This document shows positions 11,963-25,997 of a stretch of DNA of 64,000 nt, one piece after another. Below the pieces are notes generated by a model, which was given only the letters and a program-made list of their open reading frames with translations, did no database searches and was not told the DNA's origin. The stretch lies in NCBI GenBank assembly GCA_951406725.2, contig OX597827.1:51894001-51958000 (forward strand), given 5' to 3'. Origin of the DNA: Octopus vulgaris (taxonomy: Eukaryota). The translations under genes were made by a program, and so were the position numbers. The first letter of the stretch is position 1; each line of letters opens with the position of its first letter.

Positions 11963-12330
11963 CTTTTATTTTTTATCTTTTAATTGTTTCAGGCATTAGA
12001 CTGTGGCCATGCTGGGGCACCACCTTGAGGAATTTTTTAGTCAAATGAATTGACTCCAGAACTTATTTTTTAAAGTCTGCTAAGTTGTGGGGATGTAAAC
12101 AAACTGACACCAGTTGTCAAGTGATGGTGGGGGGCAAACACAGCCTCAAAGATACGCACACACAGATATATATATATATATTTAAATATATATATATACA
12201 ACGGGCTTATTTCAGTTTTCATCAACCAAGTCCAGTCACAAGGCTTTAGTCGGCTCGAGGCTATAGTAGAAGGCACTTACTCAAGCTGCCACACTGTCGG
12301 ACTGAACCCAGAACCATGTGGTTAGGAAGA
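11963..12330 (-). mobile_element. tRNA/CORE-like SINE
   Basis: Same family as 14937-15395. Confidence 0.8.
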
Positions 12331-12351
12331 GCATACATACATACATACATA

Positions 12352-12766
12352 CCAGGTGGCAAGTAAAGAAACACCGTTTCGACCCTATGCTTGAGGAGAC
12401 CTATTGAGTCAAGTACATCAACATCAAAAATCAATGGAAATTGTAGCTGTGATCCCTGTGCCAGTGACATGTAAAAAGCACCATCCAAACGTGGCCGATG
12501 CCAGCACTACCTCGACTGGCTTCCATGCCGGTGGCACGTAAAAAGCACCATCCGAACGTGGCCGATGCCAGCGCCACCTTGAATGGCTTCTGCACCGGTG
12601 GCACATAAAAAGCACCCACTACACTCATGGAGTAGTTGGCATTAGGAAGGGCATCCAGCTGTAGAAACACTACCAGATCAGACTGGAGCCTGGTGCAGCC
12701 TTCTGGCTTCCCAGATCCCGGTTGAACCATCCAACCCATGCTAGCATGGAAAACGGACATTAAACA

Positions 12767-12804
<38 letters not shown>
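12352..12804 (+). mobile_element. RTE 3'-UTR derivative with (GAT)n tail
   Basis: Colinear with 11400-11947, including the GGTGGCAC(G/A)TAAAAAGCACC modules. Confidence 0.85.
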
Positions 12805-13120
12805 ACATACATATTTATCTAAAAATCCATAAGTCAGAAAAAATAGGCATTTGTATATTTGTCAATTGAGTTGATACATTAATCAAAGTATACCATATTA
12901 TAGATCCACTCAACCAATCTTCCCAATCAGTTTCAGATTAGAGCAATTACTAAGCAATTATCTAATACACAGGCTCTTAAAGGAGGACAGGTATGGGGAA
13001 AAAAAAACATGGTTACCATATAGTTTCCAACATGAAACTGATTGATAAGATCTGAAGTAATGCATCTGTAATAGTGTTTACTTTGATTAATGTGGTGCTT
13101 GTGTCTGTGTAAATAGATAA

Positions 13121-13186
<66 letters not shown>

Positions 13187-13274
13187 GGAGAGACAGACGG
13201 ACGGACAGACGGATGGACAGACAGACGGACGGACAGGCAGGCAGACAGGCAGGCAGGCAGATAGACAGACAGAA

Positions 13275-13305
<31 letters not shown>

Positions 13306-13315
13306 TAGATAGATA

Positions 13316-14186
13316 TATTTCTTTTTTAGCCACACAGGGCTGCACACAGATAGAACAAATTACAAGGTAGAGCTTTTCTTTTGGGGGTAAAAAAAAAGGG
13401 AGTGGTGGTTTTCGATCAAAAGGGATCGTAAAAGGAAAGAAAGAGGACAAAAAAAGGGAGTGGTGGTTTTCGATCAAAAGGGATCGTAAAAGGAAAGAAA
13501 GAGGACAAAAAAAGGGAGGGGTTAAAAAAATGGGGAGGGGGCAAAAAAAAAATGAATAATAGGGATCGTTATCACAGAAATATCAATATGAAGTGTAAAG
13601 GGGAGGACAGGTGAGGTTTACCCGTGGAAAGAAAAGCCTACGGAAAAGACCACGGTAACCTCGGTCAATGAAGTCACATGTTATATTTCTTTTTTTTTTT
13701 TTTTGCAAATAAGCAACTCTCTGCATTAATTTTTACGGTTCATAGAATCATAGTCAAGGTGGCTTCGTCATTCATACGTGCCATCCTTGCTACATTCACC
13801 CATCTTTTTAAAACATTCACTAGACAAAACTTGCCTCTCTACTCTCACTTTTTTCTTCAAGTGATACTTGAAGAAGTTGATGAGAGATTGACCAGAGAGG
13901 AAAGTGTTTGTCTCTAATCCTTTCAGGCGCGTCCACCAGATACATTCTTTCGCCATAGCCACAAGTATGATAAAAATAGCTCTTCCTTCCCGTTTGAAGG
14001 AAGGAGGCGTGACGATATTAACGATAGACTCGGCTGATAAACCGACTCGTCCCACACGTGACAGCAGTCGTTCGACATAAGCCCACAGGTCGGAAATTGC
14101 TGGACACTGCACGATTGCGTGCAGAGCGGTTTCGTCGCTCTGCCCGCATCTCGGGCAGGTCGGCCCCGTGTTTCTCGAGCCATGCC

Positions 14187-14187
<1 letters not shown>
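13316..14187 (-). mobile_element. Tx1/L1-clade LINE 3' fragment (ORF2 C-terminal zinc-binding region + 3' UTR) inside a (GATA)n compound microsatellite
   Basis: The minus strand encodes [25 protein letters not shown]...KECIWWTR, a C-x2-C...ET..H....C....W knuckle typical of L1/Tx1 ORF2. The 3' UTR has a ~60-bp tandem duplication. (GATA)n/(GACA)n lie on both sides. Confidence 0.8.
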
Positions 14188-14230
<43 letters not shown>

Positions 14231-14267
14231 CAGGCAGGCAGGCGGACAGGCAGACAGACAGACAGAC

Positions 14268-14341
<74 letters not shown>

Positions 14342-14654
14342 GTAGGTAGAGAGAAAGTGGGGTGGGAGAGATTGTATTTGAATTTCTAAGATTAGGAATT
14401 ATCATTACTATACACTGATATATTTGGTCTAGTATCCTGATTTTGGTTTTTATTGTCAGATTTCTGTGTTGTAACCTCCAGACTTCCTTCAAGTCCTGTC
14501 ATATTGAATAATATTCTTGAAAGTGGAACTGTTATCTTCCATACCAAGAATATCCTTCTTATTAGTTGTTTTATTTGAAAGATTGCTACAAGCAGTGTAT
14601 ATAGAGCTTGACTAGCCTAGGGATTGTACGCATGCTCACTGGCTAAACTACTAC

Positions 14655-14800
14655 CACCAAGGTCGATTATGACTTTCATCCTTTCAAGGTTGATAAAATA
14701 AGTACCAGTTGGGCACTGGGGTTGATGTATTTGGCCTACCACCCTACCACACACACATACAAAAGAATTCAGGCTTTGTGCCTATTATAGAAAGGAATAA
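14655..14800 (+). mobile_element. SINE 3' fragment (TTTCATCCTTTC..GGTCGATAAAATAAGTACC core, Meta-domain-like)
   Basis: Core shared with 15691-16150, 28793-29200 and 33470-34320. Confidence 0.7.
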
Positions 14801-14936
14801 TCAACACAACCATAGGGATGTCTTATAGAGAGGATAGTTGCTCGCTGGAAATTAGGCACAAAAGCATGAAATGTGTACCCTTTGTGTGCAACTGAGTGCA
14901 ATTGAAGTATGCATAAAAATTTGTTAACTTTGGACA

Positions 14937-15395
<459 letters not shown>

Positions 15396-15690
15396 AGAGA
15401 TGGAAAAGTCACCATTCTTGCTTTTCTATGAACAGAAAATGTGACAGTCACAAAAAAAAAAGATATAGAGAGATTAAAAATACTTTCCGTTAGTGAGCTG
15501 GAAAGAAAAGAATTCTCTCAGCAGTGACTGTGCAGATTTGACAGCTATATCAAGGAAAAATGAAAGTATACTTCTGAGTCAATAGTTGTCCTTGTCACTG
15601 TCTCTTCTTGTAGTGGGGGATGCAGGGGTGTTTTGGGGAACACAACATGGTTAAATAATTATGTTTAGTATATATATATCTAACCTAAAT

Positions 15691-16150
15691 CAGCAAGCTA
15701 GCAGAATTGTTAGCACAATAGACAAAAATTCTTTGTAGCATTTCATCTATCTTTACATTCTGAGTTCAGACTCTGCCAAGGTCGACTTTACCTTTCATCC
15801 TTTCTAGGTCGATAAAATAAGTACCTATTTCTTTATTACCCACAAGGGGCTAAACGTAGAGGGGACAAACAAGGACAGACATAGGTATTAAGTCGATTAC
15901 ATCGACCCCAGTGCATAACTGGTACTTAATTTATCGACCCCAAAAGGATGAAAGGCAAAGTCGACCTCGGCGGAATTTGAACTCACAACGTAATGACAGT
16001 CGAAATACAGCTACACATTTCGCCCGGCGTGCTAACGTTTCTGCCAGCTCGCCACCTTAAAAATAAGTACCAGTTGAACACTGGGGTCAATGTAATCAAC
16101 TTCCTTCTCCCCTTAAATTTTTGGCCTTGTCCCAAAATTTGAAACCAATA
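15691..16150 (+). mobile_element. Older Meta-like SINE interrupted by a younger antisense copy
   Basis: Host halves 15691-15825 and 16060-16150 are colinear with other copies of the family. Confidence 0.8.
15826..16059 (-). mobile_element. Full-length Meta-like SINE with Tx1-like tail
   Basis: 12-bp TSD AAAATAAGTACC at 15814-15825 and 16060-16071. Head GGTGGCGAGCTGGCAGAA, B box GAGTTCAAATTCC. Confidence 0.88.
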
Positions 16151-17370
16151 TATATTCAATCTAATATCATGGTTGCTGATGTGATATCGGGCTAAAGAGA
16201 ATATGAAATAAAAAAATTTAGGCTAAATATTTCATTTTTGATAGTGGTATTTATCTTAAAGAGTGGCGGTTTAATTATATATGTAGTTTAATTAACGATC
16301 AGATGAATTAGAGTATGTGACACTCTGCTGGCATGGAGTGTTAGATACTGGGGAAAAGGACATAATCTTTCAAGAAATATACAAGGAAGATTTTATTTTT
16401 GAAATCTTATATTATTTAAATGTTTGAAAATATAAAAAGTCCCAGGGGATTTCAAGAAACACAGATGCAGCAACAAGTAATGAAAGGCCTATCGATACCA
16501 ACAAATGATGTAATCAGCATTCGATTATAGCTCTTGTGTTCATGAACAATACATTTGCCTGATGTTTAAGATCAAAGGCAGGCTCAGTCAGATAATCAAT
16601 AGCTCAGTGTTGTTTTTGTTGTTTTTGGTATTAGAAGTGGTGGTGGTAGTTTTGTATTATTGTTTCTGTTCTTGTAGATGTTAGTATTGTTGATGATGAT
16701 GATAATTAGCTTACACTTAGCTCTGATCAAGTAGACTTCTTGTCACTCAGTTTTCCACACTTGTCATCAATTCATGTCATCAATTTAATGTATTTACTAG
16801 CACACAATTCTCTCTCTCCCCCTCTCTCTCCCTTTCTCTCTCTCTCCCTCCCTCTCTCTCTCCTTCCTCATTAACTGATGAATGCCTAGCTGTGCTTTTA
16901 CTTCACTTATCCTCTGCCTTTCAGGCAGGTTGACCACTACCTGCTCAACTCAACTTATTTCTGGTGCACCCTCCACAAATTTCCCACATTCACTTCTTAA
17001 GTCCCCCCAACATATTTTACCATTATTTTTGAATAGATCTATCTTTCAAAAATGGAGCAGTTACTTGAACTTTTCCTTCATCAGAAAATGTTGTTTTTAC
17101 TCCAGCCACCTCCAATACTTATCAGCAGAAACTGTTAACCAATGTAACCAATGGTTACATCTACAGCTAGCCACTAATATATATAACACATCTGAAGTAG
17201 TACTGGATCCCTATTGCTAGAGGTTTCACAGCATCTTTTGTAAACTCATTTCTTGCAGTGGGTACACAGTATCAAGTTCTTACCTACATATCGAGCAAAG
17301 CCACTTCTCAGATAGTACTTAGATTTTGTGTTTTTTGATACTAACTACTATCTTTTACCTTTTATTCCAG

Positions 17371-17518
17371 GTGTGATACTCTTTCTACAACTCTACGACT
17401 GATTGTGTTATGAGAACCAACTCACCAGGATATAAAAACTCCCAAGAACAACCAGTTTTGAACTCATGTCCTCCATAGGAGCTGCAATGAATTAAAGGGA
17501 GTTAAAGACAAATCCTTT
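17371..17518 (+). other. Candidate non-coding 5'-UTR exon, probably of the membrane-protein gene
   Basis: Perfect branch point TACTAAC at 17339-17345, acceptor TCTTTTACCTTTTATTCCAG, and donor GTAAGT at 17519. The 148-nt exon is non-repetitive. Confidence 0.6.
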
Positions 17519-17530
17519 GTAAGTACTTAT

Positions 17531-17912
17531 ATCTCTCTTTTACTTGTTTCAGTCATTTGACTGTGGCCATGCTGGAGCACCGCTTTTAATCAAGCAACTT
17601 GACCCTGAGACTTATTCTTTTGTAAGCCCAGTACTTATTCTATCGGTCTCTTTTGTCGAACCGCTAAGTAACAGGGACATAAACACACCAGCATCGGTTG
17701 TAAAGCATTGCTAGGGGGACAAACACTGACACACAAACACACACACGCATATATGCATATATACGACAGGCTTCTTTCAGTTTCCGTCTACCAAATCCAC
17801 TCACAAGGCTTTGGTCAGCCCGAGGCTATAGTAGAAGACACTTGCCCAAGGTGCCACGCAGTGGGACTGAACCCGGAACCATGTGGTTGGTAAACAAGCT
17901 ACATACCACACA
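17531..17912 (-). mobile_element. tRNA/CORE-like SINE
   Basis: Same family as 14937-15395. Confidence 0.85.
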
Positions 17913-18547
17913 GAAATTCTCACTAAACTTACTAAACATTTTTCTCACTAAAATATTTTAGTCAGAAGAGTTGGGACTCTCTATTCTGGTTAAACTGATG
18001 CAGTTTATGTACTGTTTGAACTTCTACTGATTAACACCAGAAAGCATGTGCAGGGACTATGTTTCAAACAGCTGTACTTCTCAACAGTAAGGCTCGGATA
18101 AAATGTTTGGTGTGGCATATGGTAATGATAAAATGTAACAATGACAAGTAGTCATCATTCCTACTTCTTATTGCTCCCTTCCTCCAGTCAGATATATTAA
18201 GTTATCTATTTCTTAACTTTCTTCCTCCTAAACTTGAAGTTGTTGGTCACTGATCTGTGTTGAGAGAAACATTGTTCTCTAAAGAAAGGTTGGCTTTTCT
18301 CCTTATCGGTCTCTCTTATTTCCTGTCAATCAGGCTCCCTGTACTGGCATGAGAAGTAGCTGACCAATTTACTGGTTTGCTTCATGAAACCTATGATGCA
18401 AATGGTAAGGTCATTGGTAATATAAACAATGCAAGAAGCCTTCTTAACTCCTTTATTGTAGTTTGGCCATAGCCTGCATCTGTGCCTCCATCACTGTATT
18501 GTTTTCAACTATCAATATATTGAAATTGCAATATATCATCATCATCA

Positions 18548-18617
<70 letters not shown>

Positions 18618-19877
18618 CATTTACTTTTAATCTGCATGTTTGTTACAATCACTTGCTGGGACACACCAGCATCTTAGGGCAAGTGAAGGATAAGAGATGT
18701 TACAGTATGGATGAAAGCTGGAGGAGGGGAAGTGGCAGGGACAGTAGCAAAATATCTTCATGTAATACAACACAGACATTTAAATTGATAAGGTTTTTCT
18801 AAGGATATGGACAGTACTTGTCAGCACAATCTTTTGGATTTCTCTGAGACATGGTACTCCTGGGATATTATCTAGATGTTTCTGACATTCCTTTCTTATC
18901 ATACCTAGATGTTTCTGACATCCCTTTCTTATCATACCAATGGCGGATGTGCTAGGGACAGTAGCAAAATATCTTCATGTAATACAACACAGACATTTAA
19001 ATTTTAAGGTTTTTCTAAGTATGTGGGTAGTACTTGTGAACACATTCTTTTGGATTTCTCTGATACATGGTTCTCCTGGGATATTATCTAGTTGTTTCTG
19101 ACATTCCCTTCTTATCATATCTAGAGCACCCACAATAACAGGAACAGCTCTTGTTTTAAGATACTACATCTTTTGTATTTCAATTTCCAGGTCCTTATAT
19201 TTACTTAATTTGTCAAATTCTTTTACAAATATATTTTTATCAATGGGAACAATTACATCTATTAGTCTAGAATGACTATGTCTGGCTGATAAGCCTGGAT
19301 TGTTCTGTAGGTATTGACTGGAAAATCACAGAGGATAATGACATTTTTACCTTCAATGATTAGCTCAGGATGATGTTCATACCAGTAAGCAAGAGTGCTG
19401 ATTTTGTAGTGTTTACATATTTTCCAATGTAAATATTGTCCTACCCTATAATGGTGATTCGTTTGGTATCAACACAGGACATCCTGAGATGAGATGGTTT
19501 ATTGTTTCATCAAATTTTTCACGGAATCTGCATTTAGAGTCAGAACTGTTTTGAAGAACAATAGCCTGGTAGTTTTTGTAAGCAAGCTTTTACCTTGTGT
19601 CACCAAATGAAACCTTCAGTCTCTTCTTTCAGTCTTGAGCTTTTCAGCCACTGATGGGTTGTTGCTTGATCTACATCAGCATTTTGGCTTCAAAGTATAT
19701 ACTGCCCATGCAGAGGCTTCTATCTCCACTGCTCCTCAGTTTGTTTCTGCTCATTATTTTTGCAGCCTGTTTGGTCTGTTTTGCTTGTTTGGTGGCAGTG
19801 GTTTCAAGTTCTTCATCTAATTCAGGGTTAATGCCAAGTTCTCTTGTGAATTTACAAGCTTCCTTGACAATGGAATG
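18618..19877 (-). mobile_element. Decayed R4/Dong-type non-LTR retrotransposon 3' fragment with restriction-like endonuclease
   Basis: Minus-strand peptides KPLHGQY, HQWLKSSRLKEETEGFI, ETINHLISGCPVL, LIDVIVPIDKNIFVKEFDKLSKYKDLEIEI, VPVIVGAL and EIQKNVFTSTTHILRKTL. Stops and frameshifts are present. It ends at (TAA)n 18551-18617 and has an internal ~170-bp duplication. Confidence 0.85.
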
Positions 19878-20500
19878 TGATGGTGGTGGTGGTGGTGGTG
19901 GTCATGGCGATGTGATGGTGGTAGTGATGAGGACAAGATGTCAATGATGACATGGGTGCTTTCACAGTGTCTAGCATTAGTCTGAACCTAATTAGTTTAT
20001 CCTCTATCTCATTTTATTCATTCAATTCATCTGCTTATCACTGAGTTATTATGACCTAAGGACATTCACTTCAGCTCTAGTATACAACTATCAGACCAGA
20101 TTTACTACTCATTGTGTAGACATTAATAGAAACACCTTGAAGTTAACCTATTCCTAGTATTGATAATCAGGAGATACCACCTACTTTATGTAGTACAAAC
20201 ACAATAGATATTAGTTTTGTTGACACAATTAGTGTTATAGAATATTCTGATGTGCTGCATAATTAATTGACTAATGTTAAAAATTGTATGTCCTTTCTGT
20301 CATCAAGCATAAACATAGTAGGCTGACAGTATTTAATTTATTATGGCATTGCATCTCCAGTGTGATTATTAGCTAAGTTTTTCTTCACACTATGATGGAT
20401 TTATTGGGAGCTACATCTCTTCTTAGTTGGTATAGGATGAGTGGAAAATATAGACTTTTCTATAATACAAATACAGGTGCAACACTGAATTTCCAATACC

Positions 20501-20911
20501 TATTTCTTTACTACCCACAAGGGACTAAACACTGAGGGGACAAACAAGAACGGACAATCGGATTAAGTCGATTACATCGACCCCAGTGCATAACTAGTAC
20601 TTATTTAATTGACCCTGAAAGGATGAAAGGCAAAGTCGACCTCAGCAGAATTTGAACTCAGAACGTAGCGGCAGACAAAATACCTATTTCTTTATTACCC
20701 ACAAGGGGCTAAACACAGAGGGGACAAACAAGGACAGACATAGGTATTAAGTCGATTACATCGACCCCAGTGCGTAACTGGTACTTAATTTATCAACCCC
20801 GAAAGGATGAAAGGCAAAGTCAACCTCGGCGGAATTTGAACTCACAACGTAACACAGACAAAATACCACTAAGCATTTCGCCTGGTATGCTAACGTTTCT
20901 GCCAGCTCACC
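20501..20911 (-). mobile_element. Nested or tandem pair of Meta-like SINEs with Tx1-like tail
   Basis: Outer 16-bp TSD CTGAATTTCCAATACC at 20485-20500 and 20912-20927. The inner copy (20685-20854) is bounded by CAGACAAAATACC. Confidence 0.88.
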
Positions 20912-21499
20912 CTGAATTTCCAATACCATTCATCCTAAATCCTCATGGATTCTAAATCCTTACAGACTAAACATGCCTGGCTAGTGACAAGATGTAAAAG
21001 GTCTTTTGAAGTAAAACAGAAAAGTCAGGGAGATGAGACATTGCATGCTTTCAGCCAGAGACTGGAGGATATCAGTGAATGACTTTATGCCAATCTGTCA
21101 GGTGACCCTTTACAGGATGTGTTCTAGAATGTCTATGTGTGCAGCAGCAGTAGCAGCACTATCTCTGATATGAGGGCAATACTACAAACCTCAGGTGGGC
21201 CTTAACTGAGCTTTTTAGCCACTGCTAAAAATAAAATAGAATAATAAAATGAAAAAAATAAAACCTTTCCCATTACTTTGCTGTCCCCAGAATTTCCTGC
21301 TTAAATTTGAACCTTCTTGAAAAGATCAAAGAACATGTGAAACAAAAGAAAACAATCAATCAGTCATGCCTGGTATGCCTTTGCATTCTGGAAACATTTT
21401 CTCACACTACATCATAATACAACTGACAGCAATTTCATCATTTCTTCAGGCATGGTATTTTTTAAAAATTAGTCTAGCAACTGCATTACCTTATCATAT

Positions 21500-22520
21500 C
21501 ATATAAGTGTTAATAAAACCATGTCAGATACCAAACTCAAGATCATAAATAAGAAGAGATAAGGGAAGCATTGTTGCAAAATCATTTAGACTTGTCCTGA
21601 CAGCTTTAAAAACTGTGATGAATAAATATGACAAAATGAAATTTGCCATACAATATTGAAGTGAACGTAAATAATGCTGCTAAACTAACAGACACATACA
21701 ATAAAATATCAAGCCAGATGCTATATTTGACCAGATGTTATGTCACTCACCACTCTATGTTGAGATACATAGATGTTTGTTGCTTCTATCAAATGGCTTG
21801 AAATGTTAAAGAAATGCTCTAACTTCCATAGCATTCAAATAGCAGGGGAATCACCAATGCAATCAGGATATGAGCATTGGAATTTCCAAAACAATTGAAA
21901 AGAAAGAGGAAAATCTAGTATTTCATGTAGATAAACATAGATTATTTTGGAAATGTTTATCCTATGGAATTTGTATCTCAAAGGAGGTAAAAAAGCACCA
22001 GAGTATAAAGCAGCAAAAGATTGTTTAACATTATTCACAGGAAACTTGAAACTTGAGCCATTGCTAGATTATCAATCCTATAAAGCAATGACAGATATCT
22101 CCAAATCTTGTTTGTTATATAAAAATCTGACAGAAGATTTGATTACTGAATCATTGAACATGTCTGCCATGCTGACAAACATTTCTGAGTGAAGAATAAT
22201 TTTGAACCTGAATACTGTTTTGAATAGTGTTCCTAGTGAGACATCAAATCTTGATTCAGATCAAACATACATATCTTTTGAAGTCATTTTCATTTCATCA
22301 ATCACAACTTCACCACTAAAACTTATTATCAAGGAGTTATTTATTATTTTCAGGGCATATTATCTTGCAAAAACTTTAATTATTCAATAAAGAAACTAAT
22401 GATAAAAAAAAAACAACCTATCAAAGAATTTTAGAAAAATTATACTCTGCAGACAATAAAAAATATTATATTTGGGAAGAACTTAAGGATATATGTCTCA
22501 TTGGAGTTTGGGCAAAATTG
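21500..22520 (+). pseudogene. Decayed Tigger/pogo-family transposase
   Basis: Fragments FVAS..WL, VFHVDK (cf. IFNxDET), LFWK, KKAPEYKAAKDCLTLF.GN..KLEPLL and TTSPL...FRAYYL, with many disruptions. Confidence 0.75.
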
Positions 22521-22875
22521 TCTTCAACTTTAGTTAAGAAGAGAAGGCATCAAATTATGTAGTACTACATAGATCTATAAAGCTGAGATGGTCAAATCTG
22601 TAATGTCTTTGATCATATGTCTGCACAATTATGGGCGGTGTGGGGGACAAACAACAACAATAACCAATGCTACCCTCACTACCACCAGCACACCACTTCT
22701 CTCATCTGTTTACCAGCCAATGATAGCAAAGAAAGTCAATTCTACTACATTGGAAGAATCTGAAATGCTTCCTTTAATATCAAAGAAAGCAACCAGAAGA
22801 AGTTGTGTGATTGGGAATGACAAACCTAATTAAACAATAATTTTTTTTTTACTTAGAACAACATTAATGTGTGTT

Positions 22876-22970
22876 TATTCAAAATACACACACATTAGGT
22901 ATTCAAAATGTATACACATTATATATTCAAAATTATGTATACACATTATGTATTCAAAATACACACATAC
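22876..22970. repeat. Short minisatellite, ~24-27-bp unit, 4 copies
   Basis: TATTCAAAAT...ACACATTA is repeated. Confidence 0.8.
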
Positions 22971-23602
22971 AAATACAAAATGAAAAATTAGTGAAGAGTG
23001 GAATTTATGGTATAACTTTTATTCCATGGTTTACAATTGTTTCCACAACCTGAGGTGTCCAATCACACATGTTTATACAAATTGATGATAGTAACAATAT
23101 AGTCATGCATATTATCCTGTGGTAAATGTGTGAATTGTCTAATTCTGCCTTGCTTCTTCTATCAAGCAATTTCAACACACGGCTTAATTCAAGATCTGAA
23201 ATTTCTAGCAGGTGTAGACACATGGACAGATTTCTTTTATCAAATTGGAGGACACCACCCACTCCAAATTGAATTGCTGTCTCGCAGACTTTGACATATT
23301 TTCTGTTATTTTGTTCAGTTGTATTTAATGAGCTTTCTACCATCAGGGAGGACAAGAATCTTAGTTTTCTTGATTTCGTTTCTTTTTTTCTTGTTCCGTT
23401 TTTTACACCAACCTTCTTCACGTTTTTTCCCCATTTTTTCTTATTTTCTTACTGTCCAGCATCCTTGTTTTTAAAAATTATATATAATGCATAAACAGAG
23501 CCTGAAAGATTGCTTTAAGATACATAGCATATTTTATAAATATGCCTGTTCAAGTATCTTAATAGCATGAAACTATTAGTAGCTCCTTTGGTCATATATT
23601 TG

Positions 23603-23651
<49 letters not shown>

Positions 23652-25167
23652 ATCACTCTTAGTCATACCAGCTGTAGAGAAAAGCTTTGCAGAAGAGGTC
23701 TAATAACAATGAATATGTGTGTTGCTTTCACCAAGTGGAAAAGTACATTTTCTATATTCTCCAAAATTTCAGTGGAGTGATTTAATTAGAGTTATATCCC
23801 TTTGCTTGTTTTTAGATTTTAAACACTCCTAGGTGGCGATCTTGTCTTCTGATTTCATGGATAATCTCAGTTATTCAGAGTACAGTGAGACCCAACCATA
23901 ATAGTATAGTGATAGCTGGAACTTAATTCCAAATTGACAGCATTGTAGAGAGAGAGAGACAAATGGCTCCTTAGAGAGGATTTATGTCTTTTACATTTAA
24001 TTTTCTGAGATCTGGTAGTTATTTCTGTCATCTAAGTGAAATGAGGAGTATAGAATAAAGTGGTGCATACAGAGACACAACAAAACATCCACAGTGAATT
24101 TGAACTCATGAACTTGAAATTAACTGGTCAATAATTTACACTTTTTGCCATTTTGTTTCTACCCAAAATATAATTGCTATTTATTATATTGGTTTTGGAT
24201 ACAGTTTTTGCTATGTTGCAAATAGGAGATCCCCGAGAAAAATCGTTATTGATTATAAGCTTAGCATTTGTACATTCAAACAATTTATTCCATTATCTGT
24301 GTTTTTTTTATTGCTTTCTGTTTATTTGTATTTTCATAGAATTACAATTATTTTCATTTCTGTACTAATTAAAGTAATGCATTTGTTTTCACTATGCCAT
24401 TAATGTATGCACATTTTAATGTTGCAATTATAGCTGAATTAAATTAATTTTTTACTTAAGTTTGAAAAGAATCGAAAATTTGAATGGTTTTAGTATAAGA
24501 GACTTTGTCATTATTAAGCTGATATTTGGCACACAACTTAAAAGTGGATCATCATCATCGTTACCACTACCACCACCACCACCGACATCATCATCATCAT
24601 CATCATTTAATGTTCTTTTTCCATGCTAGCATGGGTTGGATGGTTTGACAGGACCTAACAAGTTAGAAGACTGCGGCAAAAAATTGTGGTGGACAGATTT
24701 ATGATAAATATGAGCATTTTAAAATAATAGGTTTTGTATTAAAACTAGAAGTGATCTTTAAAAGAATTAAAATAATGTCAGCTCTAAGGTGACAAATTGG
24801 CAGAATCACAAGAGTTTCAGATGAATGCCCCAATGTTTGTTCTGACTCTCTGCACTCTAACTTCAAAAGCCAAGGTGACCTTGGCTTTTTATCTTTTTGG
24901 AGTCAATAAAAAAAAGTATTTATCTGAGGCAGTGGACTGGCATATCAGTTAGAAGTTCTGGTAAGATGCCTTGTGGTGTCTGTTCTTGCTGTTTGAACTT
25001 TAGCATCAATGTCTGCAATAATGCTGGTGCCAAGCTGTATCAGCTAAAATCAGCAGCCTTTTCCTTGGATAAACTTTGGTGTCATGGAAAGAGAAACCTT
25101 GAATGCATGGGCAACTTTAGTCTACCTCAGAAAATCTCACCCAGGCTTACACATAGATGTACAAATA

Positions 25168-25840
25168 TTGGGTCATCCCATAAATAATGCAGTTTTTTAA
25201 TACTTCTTTTATTTTTCAAAATAAAAATAAACAAAGTTCTTCTTTAATCTAGAATATATTCTTCATTTTCTACAATACTCTTCAAATTATCTGGTAGACT
25301 TACAAGGCCCCTCTTCCTATATTCACTTATCTGTGATGAAAAATACTCCTCGTCTACAGAATTCATATTTTTTCCATCTAAATGCTTTTGAAGACTGCAG
25401 AATAAATGATAATCCAATGGGGCAATGTCTGGTGAATGTGGGATACCATTTCCCATTCAAACTGCTCCAGCCTTTGGAATGTCATCCTCACCGGATGTGG
25501 CCTCACATTATCCTGATGGAAGAACACCTTTCGTCTTGATGGTCATTTTTCTTCTAGCACTGACCAATCCCCATATACTGTATTAATATTCCTCACACTC
25601 TCCATTGCATTATTGCCTTTATTGAACTCATAAATCAAAATATGCTGAATATGCTCCTTATAGCTTTGAAAAAATAACTGTTAAAATCAAATTGCATTCT
25701 TCAAAACTTTACTAAGAATAAGTACAAGATAAAATTACTACCTGTTTTTATAGCTAGTTGATGCAGGTAGTTCATCCCATCCCACTCCAAATTTTAGTTC
25801 ATGCAATTGAAAAAACTAAATTATTTATGGGTTGACCCAA
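25168..25840 (-). mobile_element. Internally deleted mariner element
   Basis: TA TSDs, 21-bp TIR TTGGGTCA(T/A)CCCATAAATAAT (20/21), and peptide HSPDIAPLDYHLFCSLQ (cf. YSPDLAPSDYHLF). Confidence 0.88.
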
Positions 25841-25997
25841 TACTTGGTCAGCTTTAATCAATAGAAGTTCTAGAAATATAATGCCAGCCCTGAGCTTATT
25901 GGTTGAGTTTGCACAAGTGTTATATCTACTGATTCAATGAGTTTTCTATATTTTCACAATTATATCTATCACTTATGGGGATCCTTTTCCTATACCA

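Noticed and set aside
23816-23884. Possible extra 69-nt UTR exon
   Set aside because: The acceptor is plausible but the donor is weak and there is no clear branch point.
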